This document shows positions 8,425-16,673 of a stretch of 32,000 nucleotides of DNA, piece by piece. Source of the stretch: Candidatus Nanosynbacter sp. BB002 (GTDB lineage Bacteria > Patescibacteriota > Saccharimonadia > Saccharimonadales > Saccharimonadaceae). Positions within the stretch are counted from its first letter, which is position 1. Every line of letters begins with the position of its first letter. Location: NCBI RefSeq assembly GCF_037013405.1, contig NZ_CP146064.1, forward strand, positions 240,001 to 272,000, written 5' to 3'. The translations under genes and the position numbers were made by a program. The notes under the pieces are model-generated. The model had not been told where the DNA came from and made no database searches. It saw only the letters and a program-made list of their open reading frames with translations.

Positions 8425-9227
8425 GAGGCTTCACGAGCTTTCTTTAGCTGTGTCATCACTTCTTCGAGCGTGAGCTTGTTGCGGTGCATAAAGCCTGCTA
8501 GGTCCTTGCCGACATAGCGGAAGTGCCAGGATTCTGGTGCGACGCCAGTGATGGCCTGCTTGCCTTCTGGATAGCGCAGGATGAAGCCGTATTCGTGAGC
8601 ATGAGCCGCCAGCCACTCGGCGGAAGCCTTGTCGAGGCGGCAGGCGGTAAACTTCTCCATGCATTGTTCGGTGTATGATGAAAAGTCCACCGCCAGCCCC
8701 AGTTGATGCTCACTCTTGCCTGGTTCTGCCACGAATTCATCAGCGTACAATTGCCCGTTGGTGCGAGCTAGCTCTTTGCGGGTCTTTTCTTGGTCGGCGT
8801 AGGAGCGATAAGCGCTGGTGACCAATATGGGATGACCGGCTGCCTCCGCGGCTTTTGCGAATGGCTTGAGATTGTTCAGTGCTTGTGGGCGCAGGCGTTT
8901 GTCCTCGACCCATTTACCAACTTTCACCTCTTCAAGATTTGCCAGCTCTGGCTGATAGTTTGGATCAAGGCCGTGTTGTTTCCAAACGTGCGCCCAGATG
9001 TTGCCATCATCAAGTCGTCGCCAGCTTGGTATGGTCAACTTCTCGGTTGTATTATTATGAGTGAACTCCACGACAGCGTCTGGTTTCCAGACTGAGGTTG
9101 CTGCTAATTGATTAACTTCTTGGCTCTGTTGACTGGCCTGTAAGCCACCCCATATCAGCAGCCCGCTAAACGTTACCCATGCAGATAATACGAATGCCAG
9201 CCCTGCCCGCCCAGCTGATAGTTTCAT
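8421..9227 (-). CDS. VanY / peptidase M15B family D-Ala-D-Ala carboxypeptidase, membrane-anchored (paralog 2)
   Basis: The motifs are SAYRSYADQ, SEHQLGLAVDF and EYGFILRYPEGK...ESWHFRYVG, which include the zinc-ligand H-x6-D and H contexts of M15B. There is an N-terminal TM segment. The start overlaps the upstream gene by 4 nt. Confidence 0.85.
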   Translation of the reverse strand: MKLSAGRAGLAFVLSAWVTFSGLLIWGGLQASQQSQEVNQLAATSVWKPDAVVEFTHNNTTEKLTIPSWRRLDDGNIWAHVWKQHGLDPNYQPELANLEEVKVGKWVEDKRLRPQALNNLKPFAKAAEAAGHPILVTSAYRSYADQEKTRKELARTNGQLYADEFVAEPGKSEHQLGLAVDFSSYTEQCMEKFTACRLDKASAEWLAAHAHEYGFILRYPEGKQAITGVAPESWHFRYVGKDLAGFMHRNKLTLEEVMTQLKKAREAS

Positions 9228-10084
9228 GACGACGTCTCCTTTTGCTTCAGTTCATTTTGTGCTTTTTCTAGATATGGTAATGCTTCTTCCAGGGTTAAGC
9301 CGGACTGGTGCAGCGCGCCAGCGAGTTCACGGCCGACGTAACGGAAATGCCAGGCTTCGTATTGATAACCAACGATTGATTGTTTGCCTTCTGGATAGCG
9401 CAGGATGAAGCCGTATTCGTGAGCATGGGCCGCCAACCATTTCCCTGCTTTGGTGTTTTTGAAACAATCGTCCACCCAGCACCTGCCGTCTGGCGAGCCA
9501 AAGTCTAGAGCTAAGCCGGATTGATGTTCGCTATAGCCAGGTCGGGCACTAAATCGTGCTGCCTGTGCTTCACCAACTTGACGGGCGTATCGGTTAAATA
9601 GCCCGACTTGCGTCTGATAGCTGCGATATCCACTCCCCAGGCGTACTGGTGAGCCAGCGCTTTCGGCTGCTGCCATCAATGCTTTTAGATCTGGCATAAT
9701 CGCTGCTCGTAGAGATCGCTCTTCTGGCCCCCTACCTGGCAGGGTCGGTACATCTGCGGTTTGCAGGTCGCTCGGCACATAGGTTGGCTGCTTGAAGCCG
9801 CGCGTTTGGTTGACGATTTGCCAGATACTGCCGTCGGCTTGGTAGTCCTCTTGTCTGGCTGAAATTGGCGTAGCTCCAGGCAGCGCGACCTGGACCTCTT
9901 TTGGTGCTGGTGCCGGTGCTGATTCGACGGCGGGCTTTTCCTGGATTTGGCCTGGTGTGTTGTCTACTGGCTTCCTTTCGTATTGGTTATTGAGATACAG
10001 CAAATAAGCAACACCAAGACACGCCAAAACGGCGCTTCCCCATTTGATCAGTTCTTTCCAAGGAAATTGTCTTTGAATTTTCAT
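9224..10084 (-). CDS. VanY / peptidase M15B family D-Ala-D-Ala carboxypeptidase, membrane-anchored (paralog 1)
   Basis: The motifs are SGYRSYQTQ, SEHQSGLALDF and EYGFILRYPEGK...EAWHFRYVG. There is an N-terminal TM segment. A Shine-Dalgarno AGAGGT lies before the ATG at 10084. Confidence 0.85.
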   Translation of the reverse strand: MKIQRQFPWKELIKWGSAVLACLGVAYLLYLNNQYERKPVDNTPGQIQEKPAVESAPAPAPKEVQVALPGATPISARQEDYQADGSIWQIVNQTRGFKQPTYVPSDLQTADVPTLPGRGPEERSLRAAIMPDLKALMAAAESAGSPVRLGSGYRSYQTQVGLFNRYARQVGEAQAARFSARPGYSEHQSGLALDFGSPDGRCWVDDCFKNTKAGKWLAAHAHEYGFILRYPEGKQSIVGYQYEAWHFRYVGRELAGALHQSGLTLEEALPYLEKAQNELKQKETSS

Positions 10085-10155
10085 GCATTACCTCTAGATA
10101 TTTTCTATTATAGCAGACTTACGGAAACCATAAGCAATATATTTATACATTTTTA

Positions 10156-10184
10156 TTGACAAATACAAAAGTTTGTGCTAATAT
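10156..10184 (+). promoter_or_regulatory. Sigma-70-type promoter (TTGACA-17-TAATAT) for the LPXTG protein gene
   Basis: TTGACA is at 10156-10161 and TAATAT at 10179-10184, with a 17-nt spacer. The downstream Shine-Dalgarno is GAGGAGG. Confidence 0.6.
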
Positions 10185-10229
10185 GGACCGTAACAACCGG
10201 TGAGAAATAGTAAGGTTGAGGAGGAAACA

Positions 10230-11495
10230 ATGAATAAAATAGTAAAGAGAGTACTTTTGGCTGGCTCTATTACTGCCGCAATTATCGGTGGTATTTGGTA
10301 TGCTACGCCTTCTGATGCCGTCGGCTGTTCAGATATCAAGATCGTTCGTTGTGGTACTATGACTCATAGTGCCATGAAGTCGGCTTATCACAGCGACAGC
10401 GAAGTCCGTGGTATTTACAACTACTTCGGCATTACACAATCAATGGTTGAGGGCGCTGGTATGCACGAAGGTGTGGCAGACGCTTCAAACAACACCGTTA
10501 CAGTGAACGGTCGTGTCGTAGCAACGAATGCAAAAACCATTCAGCGCCGTCACGTTAACTACACCAACCCAATCAACTACCAGCAAATTGGTGGTAAATC
10601 ATACCCAAGCTACTTGATTCGTCACAGCTTTATGCCAGTGGCAAGTAAGAAGCCAGTGTTTGTATGGTTGGACGGTAATGGTAAATTCGTTCAGGCAGTT
10701 ATCAAGGACTGTGGTAACCCACTTTGGGGTGAACCAACACCTCCACCAACACCAGCTCCAAAGCCAGTATTGACGTGTGACGCATTGAGCGCGCAAAAAG
10801 TCGCTGGTACCCGCAACAAGTTCGCCTTTGCTGCGACTGCAACTGCAAAGAATGGTGCAAGCATTAGTAGCTATACTTTCGACTTTGGCGATGGCCAAAA
10901 GACAACTGGTAGCAGCAACAAGGCTGAGCACACCTACACAAAGGCTGGTACTTACACTGCAACTGTTACCATCAACAATGGCGTAACCAGCCAAAACTGT
11001 AAAGTTACCATCACGGTGACTGAAGAGCCAAAAATTCAAGTTTGTGACTTGAAGACTGACACAATTGTCACTATCAAAGAAAGTGAATACGACACAAGCA
11101 AACACTCAAAGAACTTTGCTGACTGTGAAAAAGTCAAGGTTTGTGACACCAAAACTGGTGAGATCATAACCGTACGCAAGAGTGAAGAAAACAAGGAAGG
11201 TTACTCAAAGAACGAAGAAGACTGTAAGGTTAAAGTCTGTGACATCAAGACCAAGCAGATCATCAGCGTCTGGACTAAGGACCAAAAGAACGAGGGATAC
11301 GCATCAGTGGACAGCGACGCATGTAAGCCAAGCACTCCTCCGACTACCCCTCCTGCTCCTAAGCAACCTACCCCACCAGCTCCAACAACAACTGAGTTGC
11401 CACGAACTGGTACGACTGACGCGCTCCTTTCAATCTTTGGTCTCGGCTCACTTGCTGCTTCTGCCGTTGCCTACATCGTAAGCCGCCGCCAATAA
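10230..11495 (+). CDS. LPXTG-anchored surface protein with a PKD-like domain and three Cys-bounded tandem repeats
   Basis: I place the start at ATG 10230, after GAGGAGG. It has a signal/TM N-terminus. The PKD-like block is YTFDFGDGQKTTGSSNKAEHTYTKAGTYTATVTINNG. The C-terminus LPRTG + hydrophobic stretch + SRRQ is a sortase sorting signal. Confidence 0.85.
   Translation: MNKIVKRVLLAGSITAAIIGGIWYATPSDAVGCSDIKIVRCGTMTHSAMKSAYHSDSEVRGIYNYFGITQSMVEGAGMHEGVADASNNTVTVNGRVVATNAKTIQRRHVNYTNPINYQQIGGKSYPSYLIRHSFMPVASKKPVFVWLDGNGKFVQAVIKDCGNPLWGEPTPPPTPAPKPVLTCDALSAQKVAGTRNKFAFAATATAKNGASISSYTFDFGDGQKTTGSSNKAEHTYTKAGTYTATVTINNGVTSQNCKVTITVTEEPKIQVCDLKTDTIVTIKESEYDTSKHSKNFADCEKVKVCDTKTGEIITVRKSEENKEGYSKNEEDCKVKVCDIKTKQIISVWTKDQKNEGYASVDSDACKPSTPPTTPPAPKQPTPPAPTTTELPRTGTTDALLSIFGLGSLAASAVAYIVSRRQ
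11035..11330 (+). repeat. Three tandem ~29-30 aa coding repeats (VCDxKTxxIxxx...SKNxxDC)
   Basis: The three units are VCDLKTDTIVTIKESEYDTSKHSKNFADCEKVK, VCDTKTGEIITVRKSEENKEGYSKNEEDCKVK and VCDIKTKQIISVWTKDQKNEGYASVDSDACK. Confidence 0.75.
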
Positions 11496-11515
11496 TCTGA
11501 GCGCTTACTAACACT

Positions 11516-11546
11516 AAAAGCACCCGGACAACTCGGGTGCTTTTTT
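11516..11546. terminator. Bidirectional rho-independent terminator between the LPXTG gene and xth
   Basis: The stem pairs GCACCCG (11520-11526) with CGGGTGC (11534-11540). It is flanked by AAAA on the 5' side and TTTTTT on the 3' side. Confidence 0.8.
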
Positions 11547-11551
11547 GTGGG

Positions 11552-12361
11552 CTAGAGTTCTATACTGACTGGACAGTGATCGGAACCCAGTTGCTCAGGG
11601 TGGATGCGTGCTTGTTTGATGGACGGTGCTAGTTCTTGGCTTACCAGCCAATAGTCAATGCGCCAACCAACGTTTCGGGCTCTGGCATTGGCCCAGTGTG
11701 TCCACCAAGTGTAAGCGTCTGCTGTTGTTGGATGGTGTGCGCGAAACACATCGACAAAACCAGCGTTCAGATACGCCTGAAAGCCGGCTCGTTCCTCGTC
11801 GGTAAAGCCGTGCTTACCGACGTTATCTTTGGGTCTGGCAAGGTCGATGTCTTGATGGGCCACGTTCATGTCGCCGCAGTACAGTACTGGCTTGGCGGCG
11901 CCGTAACGTCCCTGCTCCAGCCCTTTGAGATATTCTAGACAAGCTGGATCCCACCGGTCATGACGCAGGCTGAGGCGGCTGAGGTCGCCTTTGGAATTTG
12001 GCGTATAGCATGTAACTAGCCAAAACCCGTCAAACTCAGCAGCGATGATACGCCCCTCATCATTGGGGTTGCCATACTCGTCGGCGGATAGGTTGTATTT
12101 GTCGGCGATGTCCGCCGGGAAGCCGTCAAGATAGTTCAGCGCTGGTTGCTTTGAAAATATGGCGGTGCCAGAATAGCCCTTTTTGGCTGCCGAATAGAAA
12201 TGCTCATAAAATTGTGGCAGATCTAACTCGACTTGCCCGCGTTGGGCTTTGGTTTCTTGCAAACAAATAATATCCGGGCCGTAGGTTTCGATAAATGTGG
12301 CAAACTCGCCTTTGTTCAGGACTGCGCGGATGCCGTTGACGTTCCAGGAAAATAGCTTCAT
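11552..12361 (-). CDS. xth: Exodeoxyribonuclease III (AP endonuclease)
   Basis: I place the start at the internal ATG 12361 (MKLFSWNVNGIRAV...), giving 269 aa. The motifs are CLQETK, NVAH..DIDL and SDHCPV. TACAAT lies 6 nt upstream of this ATG. Confidence 0.9.
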   Translation of the reverse strand: MKLFSWNVNGIRAVLNKGEFATFIETYGPDIICLQETKAQRGQVELDLPQFYEHFYSAAKKGYSGTAIFSKQPALNYLDGFPADIADKYNLSADEYGNPNDEGRIIAAEFDGFWLVTCYTPNSKGDLSRLSLRHDRWDPACLEYLKGLEQGRYGAAKPVLYCGDMNVAHQDIDLARPKDNVGKHGFTDEERAGFQAYLNAGFVDVFRAHHPTTADAYTWWTHWANARARNVGWRIDYWLVSQELAPSIKQARIHPEQLGSDHCPVSIEL

Positions 12362-12451
12362 GTGGCTATTGTAGCGGGTTTTGTGAGCCGCGTATAGGCT
12401 TGGTATGGCGGGGTTTGTGCAAGAAGCGGCATAAATTGTTACAATGAAAGT

Positions 12452-13159
12452 ATGTATAACAGGATTCTTCTCAAGCTTTCGGGCGAACAACTACAAGGAC
12501 AATATGCTGGTGGATTTGATCACGCCAGAGCGCGGTGGATTGCCGAACAAATTAAGCCAGTGGTGGCGAGCGGAACGCAAGTCGTCATCATGGTTGGCGG
12601 TGGTAATTATGTGCGCGGTGCACAAATTGCTGGTAGTGGCATTGGTGACGTGACGGCGCACAACGCAGGTATGCTGGCGACGCTGATTAATGCCATTACG
12701 CTGGCTGATGTCTTTAATGATGACGGTTTGGCAACGCGTGCCCTGTCGACAGTGGAAGTGAATCAATTTGTCGATCAGTATACCTACCGACGAGCAGTCA
12801 GTCACTTAGAAAAAGGTCGTGTAGTGGTGGTTGGCTGCGGTACTGGAAGGCCGTTTTTGACCACTGACACGGCAGCCGTCAATTTGGCGCTAGAGATGCA
12901 GTGCGATGTGGTGATCAAAGCTACTAAGGTGGATGGTGTGTACGACAAGGACCCGGTCCAGTTTGCTGACGCTGTCAAATTTGACCAATTGACCTATGAC
13001 GAAGTTTTGGCAAATCCAGATATTGGCGTGATGGATAAAGCAGCTATTGGCTTGGCTGCTGAAGAGAAAAAGCCAATGATTATTTGCGACTTGCTGAGTG
13101 ACGGCAATATCGTGCGTGCTGCCAGGGGCGAAGCGGTTGGGACGCGACTTGTGGTATAA
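12452..13159 (+). CDS. pyrH: UMP kinase
   Basis: The motifs are ILLKLSGEQL, VVIMVGGGNYVRG and TKVDGVYDKDP. The length is 235 aa. Confidence 0.93.
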   Translation: MYNRILLKLSGEQLQGQYAGGFDHARARWIAEQIKPVVASGTQVVIMVGGGNYVRGAQIAGSGIGDVTAHNAGMLATLINAITLADVFNDDGLATRALSTVEVNQFVDQYTYRRAVSHLEKGRVVVVGCGTGRPFLTTDTAAVNLALEMQCDVVIKATKVDGVYDKDPVQFADAVKFDQLTYDEVLANPDIGVMDKAAIGLAAEEKKPMIICDLLSDGNIVRAARGEAVGTRLVV

Positions 13160-13167
13160 TAGGTAGT

Positions 13168-14196
13168 ATGACACGCAAGACTCGACTGAACGTCGATATG
13201 ATTTCCGAGAGTGAGTTTACTGTCCAAGGCCATGGTGTTCACACTGCTTTTGTAGAGATGACAAATGCGCTTAAGGCGAGAAAAGACACGTCCGTCGTGG
13301 TCAATCAAGCCCGCTCTGATGCAGACATCGTCCATGCCCAGACCATCGGCCTGTATTCAATGTGGATGCTCAAACGTTCGCGTGGTAAAAAGATTATCTC
13401 TGGTCATGTCATCCCTGCTTCCTTGGTTGGTAGCATCAAAGGTATGAGTAGAATGCAGTGGTTGGTGCGAGCGTATATGCGCTGGGTGTATAATCAAGCG
13501 GATTTGGTATTAGCATGTTCTAACATGGTTAAGGAAACTATGACTGGTCCGATGAAGCTGAAAACGCGCGTGGAGGTACTATACAATACGGTCGACATGA
13601 GTCGCTATGCGTCTACTCTAAAAACCAAACGAGCTGCTCGTAAAAAACTGAAACTGAAGCCGTCAGACTTTGTGGTGGTTGGTAATGGACAGGTTCAGCC
13701 GCGTAAGCGTCTGGACACGTTTTTTGAAACGGCACGAGCTTTGCCTGAGGCGACATTTATCTGGGTGGGCGGCATCCCTTTCAAACATTTGGGCGCAGAA
13801 TATGGCAAAATGCAAGACTTGATAGCATCGGCTCCTGACAATGTGATCATCACGGGCGTAGTTGAACATAAAGACGTCATGACCTATTTACATGCGGCTG
13901 ACGCCTTCTTCTTGCCTGCTGAACAAGAGAATCACCCAATGTGCGTGTTAGAAGCCGCGGGTGCTGGACTGCCAATCATCCTGAGAGATATTCATGAATA
14001 CGACGACACATTTCGCCCAGATGCTCAGTTTATTTCCTCAGCTCAAGATGCTGTTAAGGTGATAGATAAGTTGCGGAATGATGCTACATGGTATAAACAA
14101 CAAGTTGCTGCAGCTGGTCGGATTGCCAAACGGTTTGACAGTCGAGCTGGCGGCGAGCGATTAGTGGAATTTTACAGGAGCGTACTAGAATCATGA
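13168..14196 (+). CDS. Glycosyltransferase family 4 (GT-B, group 1)
   Basis: The C-terminal half has the GT4 pattern: FVVVGNGQ...RK, FFLPAEQENHPMCVLEAAGAGLPIILRDI (EX7E-like). It is tightly linked to the next GT4 gene. Confidence 0.8.
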   Translation: MTRKTRLNVDMISESEFTVQGHGVHTAFVEMTNALKARKDTSVVVNQARSDADIVHAQTIGLYSMWMLKRSRGKKIISGHVIPASLVGSIKGMSRMQWLVRAYMRWVYNQADLVLACSNMVKETMTGPMKLKTRVEVLYNTVDMSRYASTLKTKRAARKKLKLKPSDFVVVGNGQVQPRKRLDTFFETARALPEATFIWVGGIPFKHLGAEYGKMQDLIASAPDNVIITGVVEHKDVMTYLHAADAFFLPAEQENHPMCVLEAAGAGLPIILRDIHEYDDTFRPDAQFISSAQDAVKVIDKLRNDATWYKQQVAAAGRIAKRFDSRAGGERLVEFYRSVLES

Positions 14197-15518
14197 GAAT
14201 TGGACTGTTTACTGATACCTATCGACCATCAATCAATGGCATCGTTTTTGTGGTTGAATCGCTCAAGCGAGAGCTGGAGAACCTGGGGCATGAAGTCTAT
14301 GTGTTTTGCCCTGCCAAGTCAATGAGCCCGTCCAAACAAGCCGAATTGCTCAACGAAGACTCTGACTCACGTATCATCCGTTTCCCATCAATCAAAGGTG
14401 CGTTTTTTGATGATTATGACACATCAGTGTTCTTCCCGCCGGCAGTACAGCGTCGCATCAAAGAGATGGAACTCGACATGGTGCATGTGTTTACGCCGTC
14501 GCAGATTGGTTTGGTTGGCGTGAAGGCTGCCAAAAAGAATAATATTCCGTTGGTGATTCAGCACTGTACTGACATCTATGAGTTCGTCGATCACTATCCA
14601 GCAGTGCTGCCCGGTGCCTTGGCGCTGGCGGGAATTGTCTTCCCGGTGTCGGTGAGATTGCGCGGTCATGATCTACTAGAAATCGCCAAATTATACAAGC
14701 CGCGAGCGGGCGTCACTAAGTGGAACAAAGATATCATTGAAAGCGTCATCACCATTTTGTATAGCAAAGCAGACGCGGTCATTGCCTTGTGTCGAAAGAG
14801 CTGCAAGCAACTAAAGTCCTGGCAGTACGATGATTATCAATACGAATTGGTGCTAATGCCAAATGGCGTAAATGCGCTGCCTCGTCCAACAAAAACTGAG
14901 GTAAAAGCATTTCGTGAGCAGTGGAACTTGGCAGAAGATGATGAAATTTTTGGATTTGTTGGTCGGTTGGGTGAAGAAAAGAATTTGCCGCTGCTCATCA
15001 AATCGTTTGAGCGGCACATCGCTAAGAAGCGGCCCAAGGCAAAATTATTGTTTGTTGGTGATTTTGAATACCGAAAGACGCTGGAGGAAATGGCTGCCGC
15101 GACCAAATATGCTGACAGAATTATTTTCACTGGCGCTATGCCGCGCGAAAAGCTCGGCCTGGCGTACTCGGTGCTGGACGTGTTTGCCTTTCCATCTCTG
15201 AAAGACACGCAGGGTTGGGTGCTGCATGAAGCGGCTCACGCAGGGTTGCCGATCGTGCTAGTGGACAAAGAGCTGTCAGAAGTGGTCCAAGACGGCGTGA
15301 ATGGCTTCATCGCGAATGATAATCCGACCAGCTTTGGGCGAGCGATCATTACCTTGCTAGAGGACGCCAACAAGCGTCAAGAATTTGGGGCTATCAGTAA
15401 AAAATTGGCGGCCAAATTTACTGAGAATCGCCAAGTGAAGAAGCTGGAAAAATTGTATCAAGAGCTTATCGACCAGAAAGCTGCCGACGCGTCTCACGAT
15501 CTTGATCACGACGCTTGA
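14193..15518 (+). CDS. Glycosyltransferase family 4 (diacylglycerol glycosyltransferase-like)
   Basis: The N-terminus MRIGLFTDTYRPSINGIVFVV is typical of GT4 glycolipid or mannosyl-type transferases. The C-terminal part has FVGRLGEEKN and PSLKDTQGWVLHEAAHAGLPIV. The start overlaps the upstream stop (ATGA). Confidence 0.8.
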   Translation: MRIGLFTDTYRPSINGIVFVVESLKRELENLGHEVYVFCPAKSMSPSKQAELLNEDSDSRIIRFPSIKGAFFDDYDTSVFFPPAVQRRIKEMELDMVHVFTPSQIGLVGVKAAKKNNIPLVIQHCTDIYEFVDHYPAVLPGALALAGIVFPVSVRLRGHDLLEIAKLYKPRAGVTKWNKDIIESVITILYSKADAVIALCRKSCKQLKSWQYDDYQYELVLMPNGVNALPRPTKTEVKAFREQWNLAEDDEIFGFVGRLGEEKNLPLLIKSFERHIAKKRPKAKLLFVGDFEYRKTLEEMAAATKYADRIIFTGAMPREKLGLAYSVLDVFAFPSLKDTQGWVLHEAAHAGLPIVLVDKELSEVVQDGVNGFIANDNPTSFGRAIITLLEDANKRQEFGAISKKLAAKFTENRQVKKLEKLYQELIDQKAADASHDLDHDA

Positions 15519-15942
15519 TGGTCTCGCGTTTGTCGTAACGCTTTTTACCCCGCCCGAGTGCGATGATAATCTTAATGAAGCGGCCATTGGTCAATAATTT
15601 GGTCGGGACGATGGTAAGCCCCTGTTGTTTGGCGGCAGCAAATCGATCAATTTGTTTACGGCTAGCTAGTAGCTTTCGCGCTGAGGTATCGACGCTTTTT
15701 GTGTTTGCCTGACCACGAACATTCAGTCGCAACGAAAAACTCGCGTTATTGAGCCATAGTTCATCATTTCTCAGGCTGACAAAGGCACCTTTGAGCTGGA
15801 CATGCCCGTCGCGTGCAGCTCGTACTTCTGGTCCTGTTAGCACCAGTCCGGCCACGATTTCCTCACCCAACTCATAGTCAAACCGTGCTCGACGGTTAAC
15901 GACGACGTGGGTAGCTGGCTTTTTTGCTTTGGGCTTTGGCAT
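15466..15942 (-). CDS. smpB: SsrA-binding protein
   Basis: The motifs are VVNRRARFDYELGEEIVAGLVLTGPEV, LLASRKQI and LTIVPTKL, plus a basic C-terminal tail GKKRYDKRETIKRRD. Confidence 0.93.
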   Translation of the reverse strand: MPKPKAKKPATHVVVNRRARFDYELGEEIVAGLVLTGPEVRAARDGHVQLKGAFVSLRNDELWLNNASFSLRLNVRGQANTKSVDTSARKLLASRKQIDRFAAAKQQGLTIVPTKLLTNGRFIKIIIALGRGKKRYDKRETIKRRDQDRETRRQLSGR

Positions 15943-15960
15943 GGTCCCATTATAGCAGGT

Positions 15961-16602
15961 TTAGTGTTTCGGTGGTGTATAGGCACCAGTGTCAAAATCG
16001 TATTCACCTGGGGTGAGGCTTAGTACGAGAGTGGCTGTCCTAATTGCATCCCTTATTGGTCGATAGCTTGGATGCCGACTCCTTTCTTGAAAGTTAGGGT
16101 CATTTTGCATGTCAAGGGCAACGCCTAGGACCTTTACAAGGTTTGGGTGATGGACTATTGCTTTAGAGAGGTTTTCGTGGGACTCGCCCAGGACGCTGGT
16201 TAGCTTGATAGCGAGAGTTTTCTTCTGTTTGGCATCAAGCTCTTCATAGCAGTCCTCTAATTGATCATTGATAGTGTCTAGAAATCCTCCTAGGTCGCCG
16301 TTATATTTTGGCAGCGCCTCAAGGTTTGTCATGACATCGGCCAGCGCTTCTGCGATGGCTTCCTTTTCGCTATCCTGCTCCTCGGTAGCCATATCTTCGA
16401 TAGTGACTTCTGGAGTCGTGGGTTTTGGGAGACGACTGGAAATATCATAAACCCGGGCTAATGGTTCTGGCTGTGACTCCCCAGCGTCCGTATCAAGTCG
16501 TCGAAACACAATACGGCCAGCTTCTCGCATGGCCTTCTTGTTGAGGTACGGAGCAAGAGGGATAACTTTAGCTTCTTGGGTTGGATGAGAATCATTTTCC
16601 AT
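15961..16602 (-). CDS. Hypothetical acidic protein (no recognisable domain)
   Basis: I place the start at ATG 16602 (MENDSHPTQEAK...). On the minus strand TTGAAA-17-TGgTATAAT ends 7 nt before this ATG. It is co-oriented with smpB, 18 nt downstream. Confidence 0.55.
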   Translation of the reverse strand: MENDSHPTQEAKVIPLAPYLNKKAMREAGRIVFRRLDTDAGESQPEPLARVYDISSRLPKPTTPEVTIEDMATEEQDSEKEAIAEALADVMTNLEALPKYNGDLGGFLDTINDQLEDCYEELDAKQKKTLAIKLTSVLGESHENLSKAIVHHPNLVKVLGVALDMQNDPNFQERSRHPSYRPIRDAIRTATLVLSLTPGEYDFDTGAYTPPKH

Positions 16603-16673
16603 AACTCGTATTATACCACAAAAAATCATATATTTCAATACCTTTATGGTGTGGCGTGTGGTACAATAGCCTA

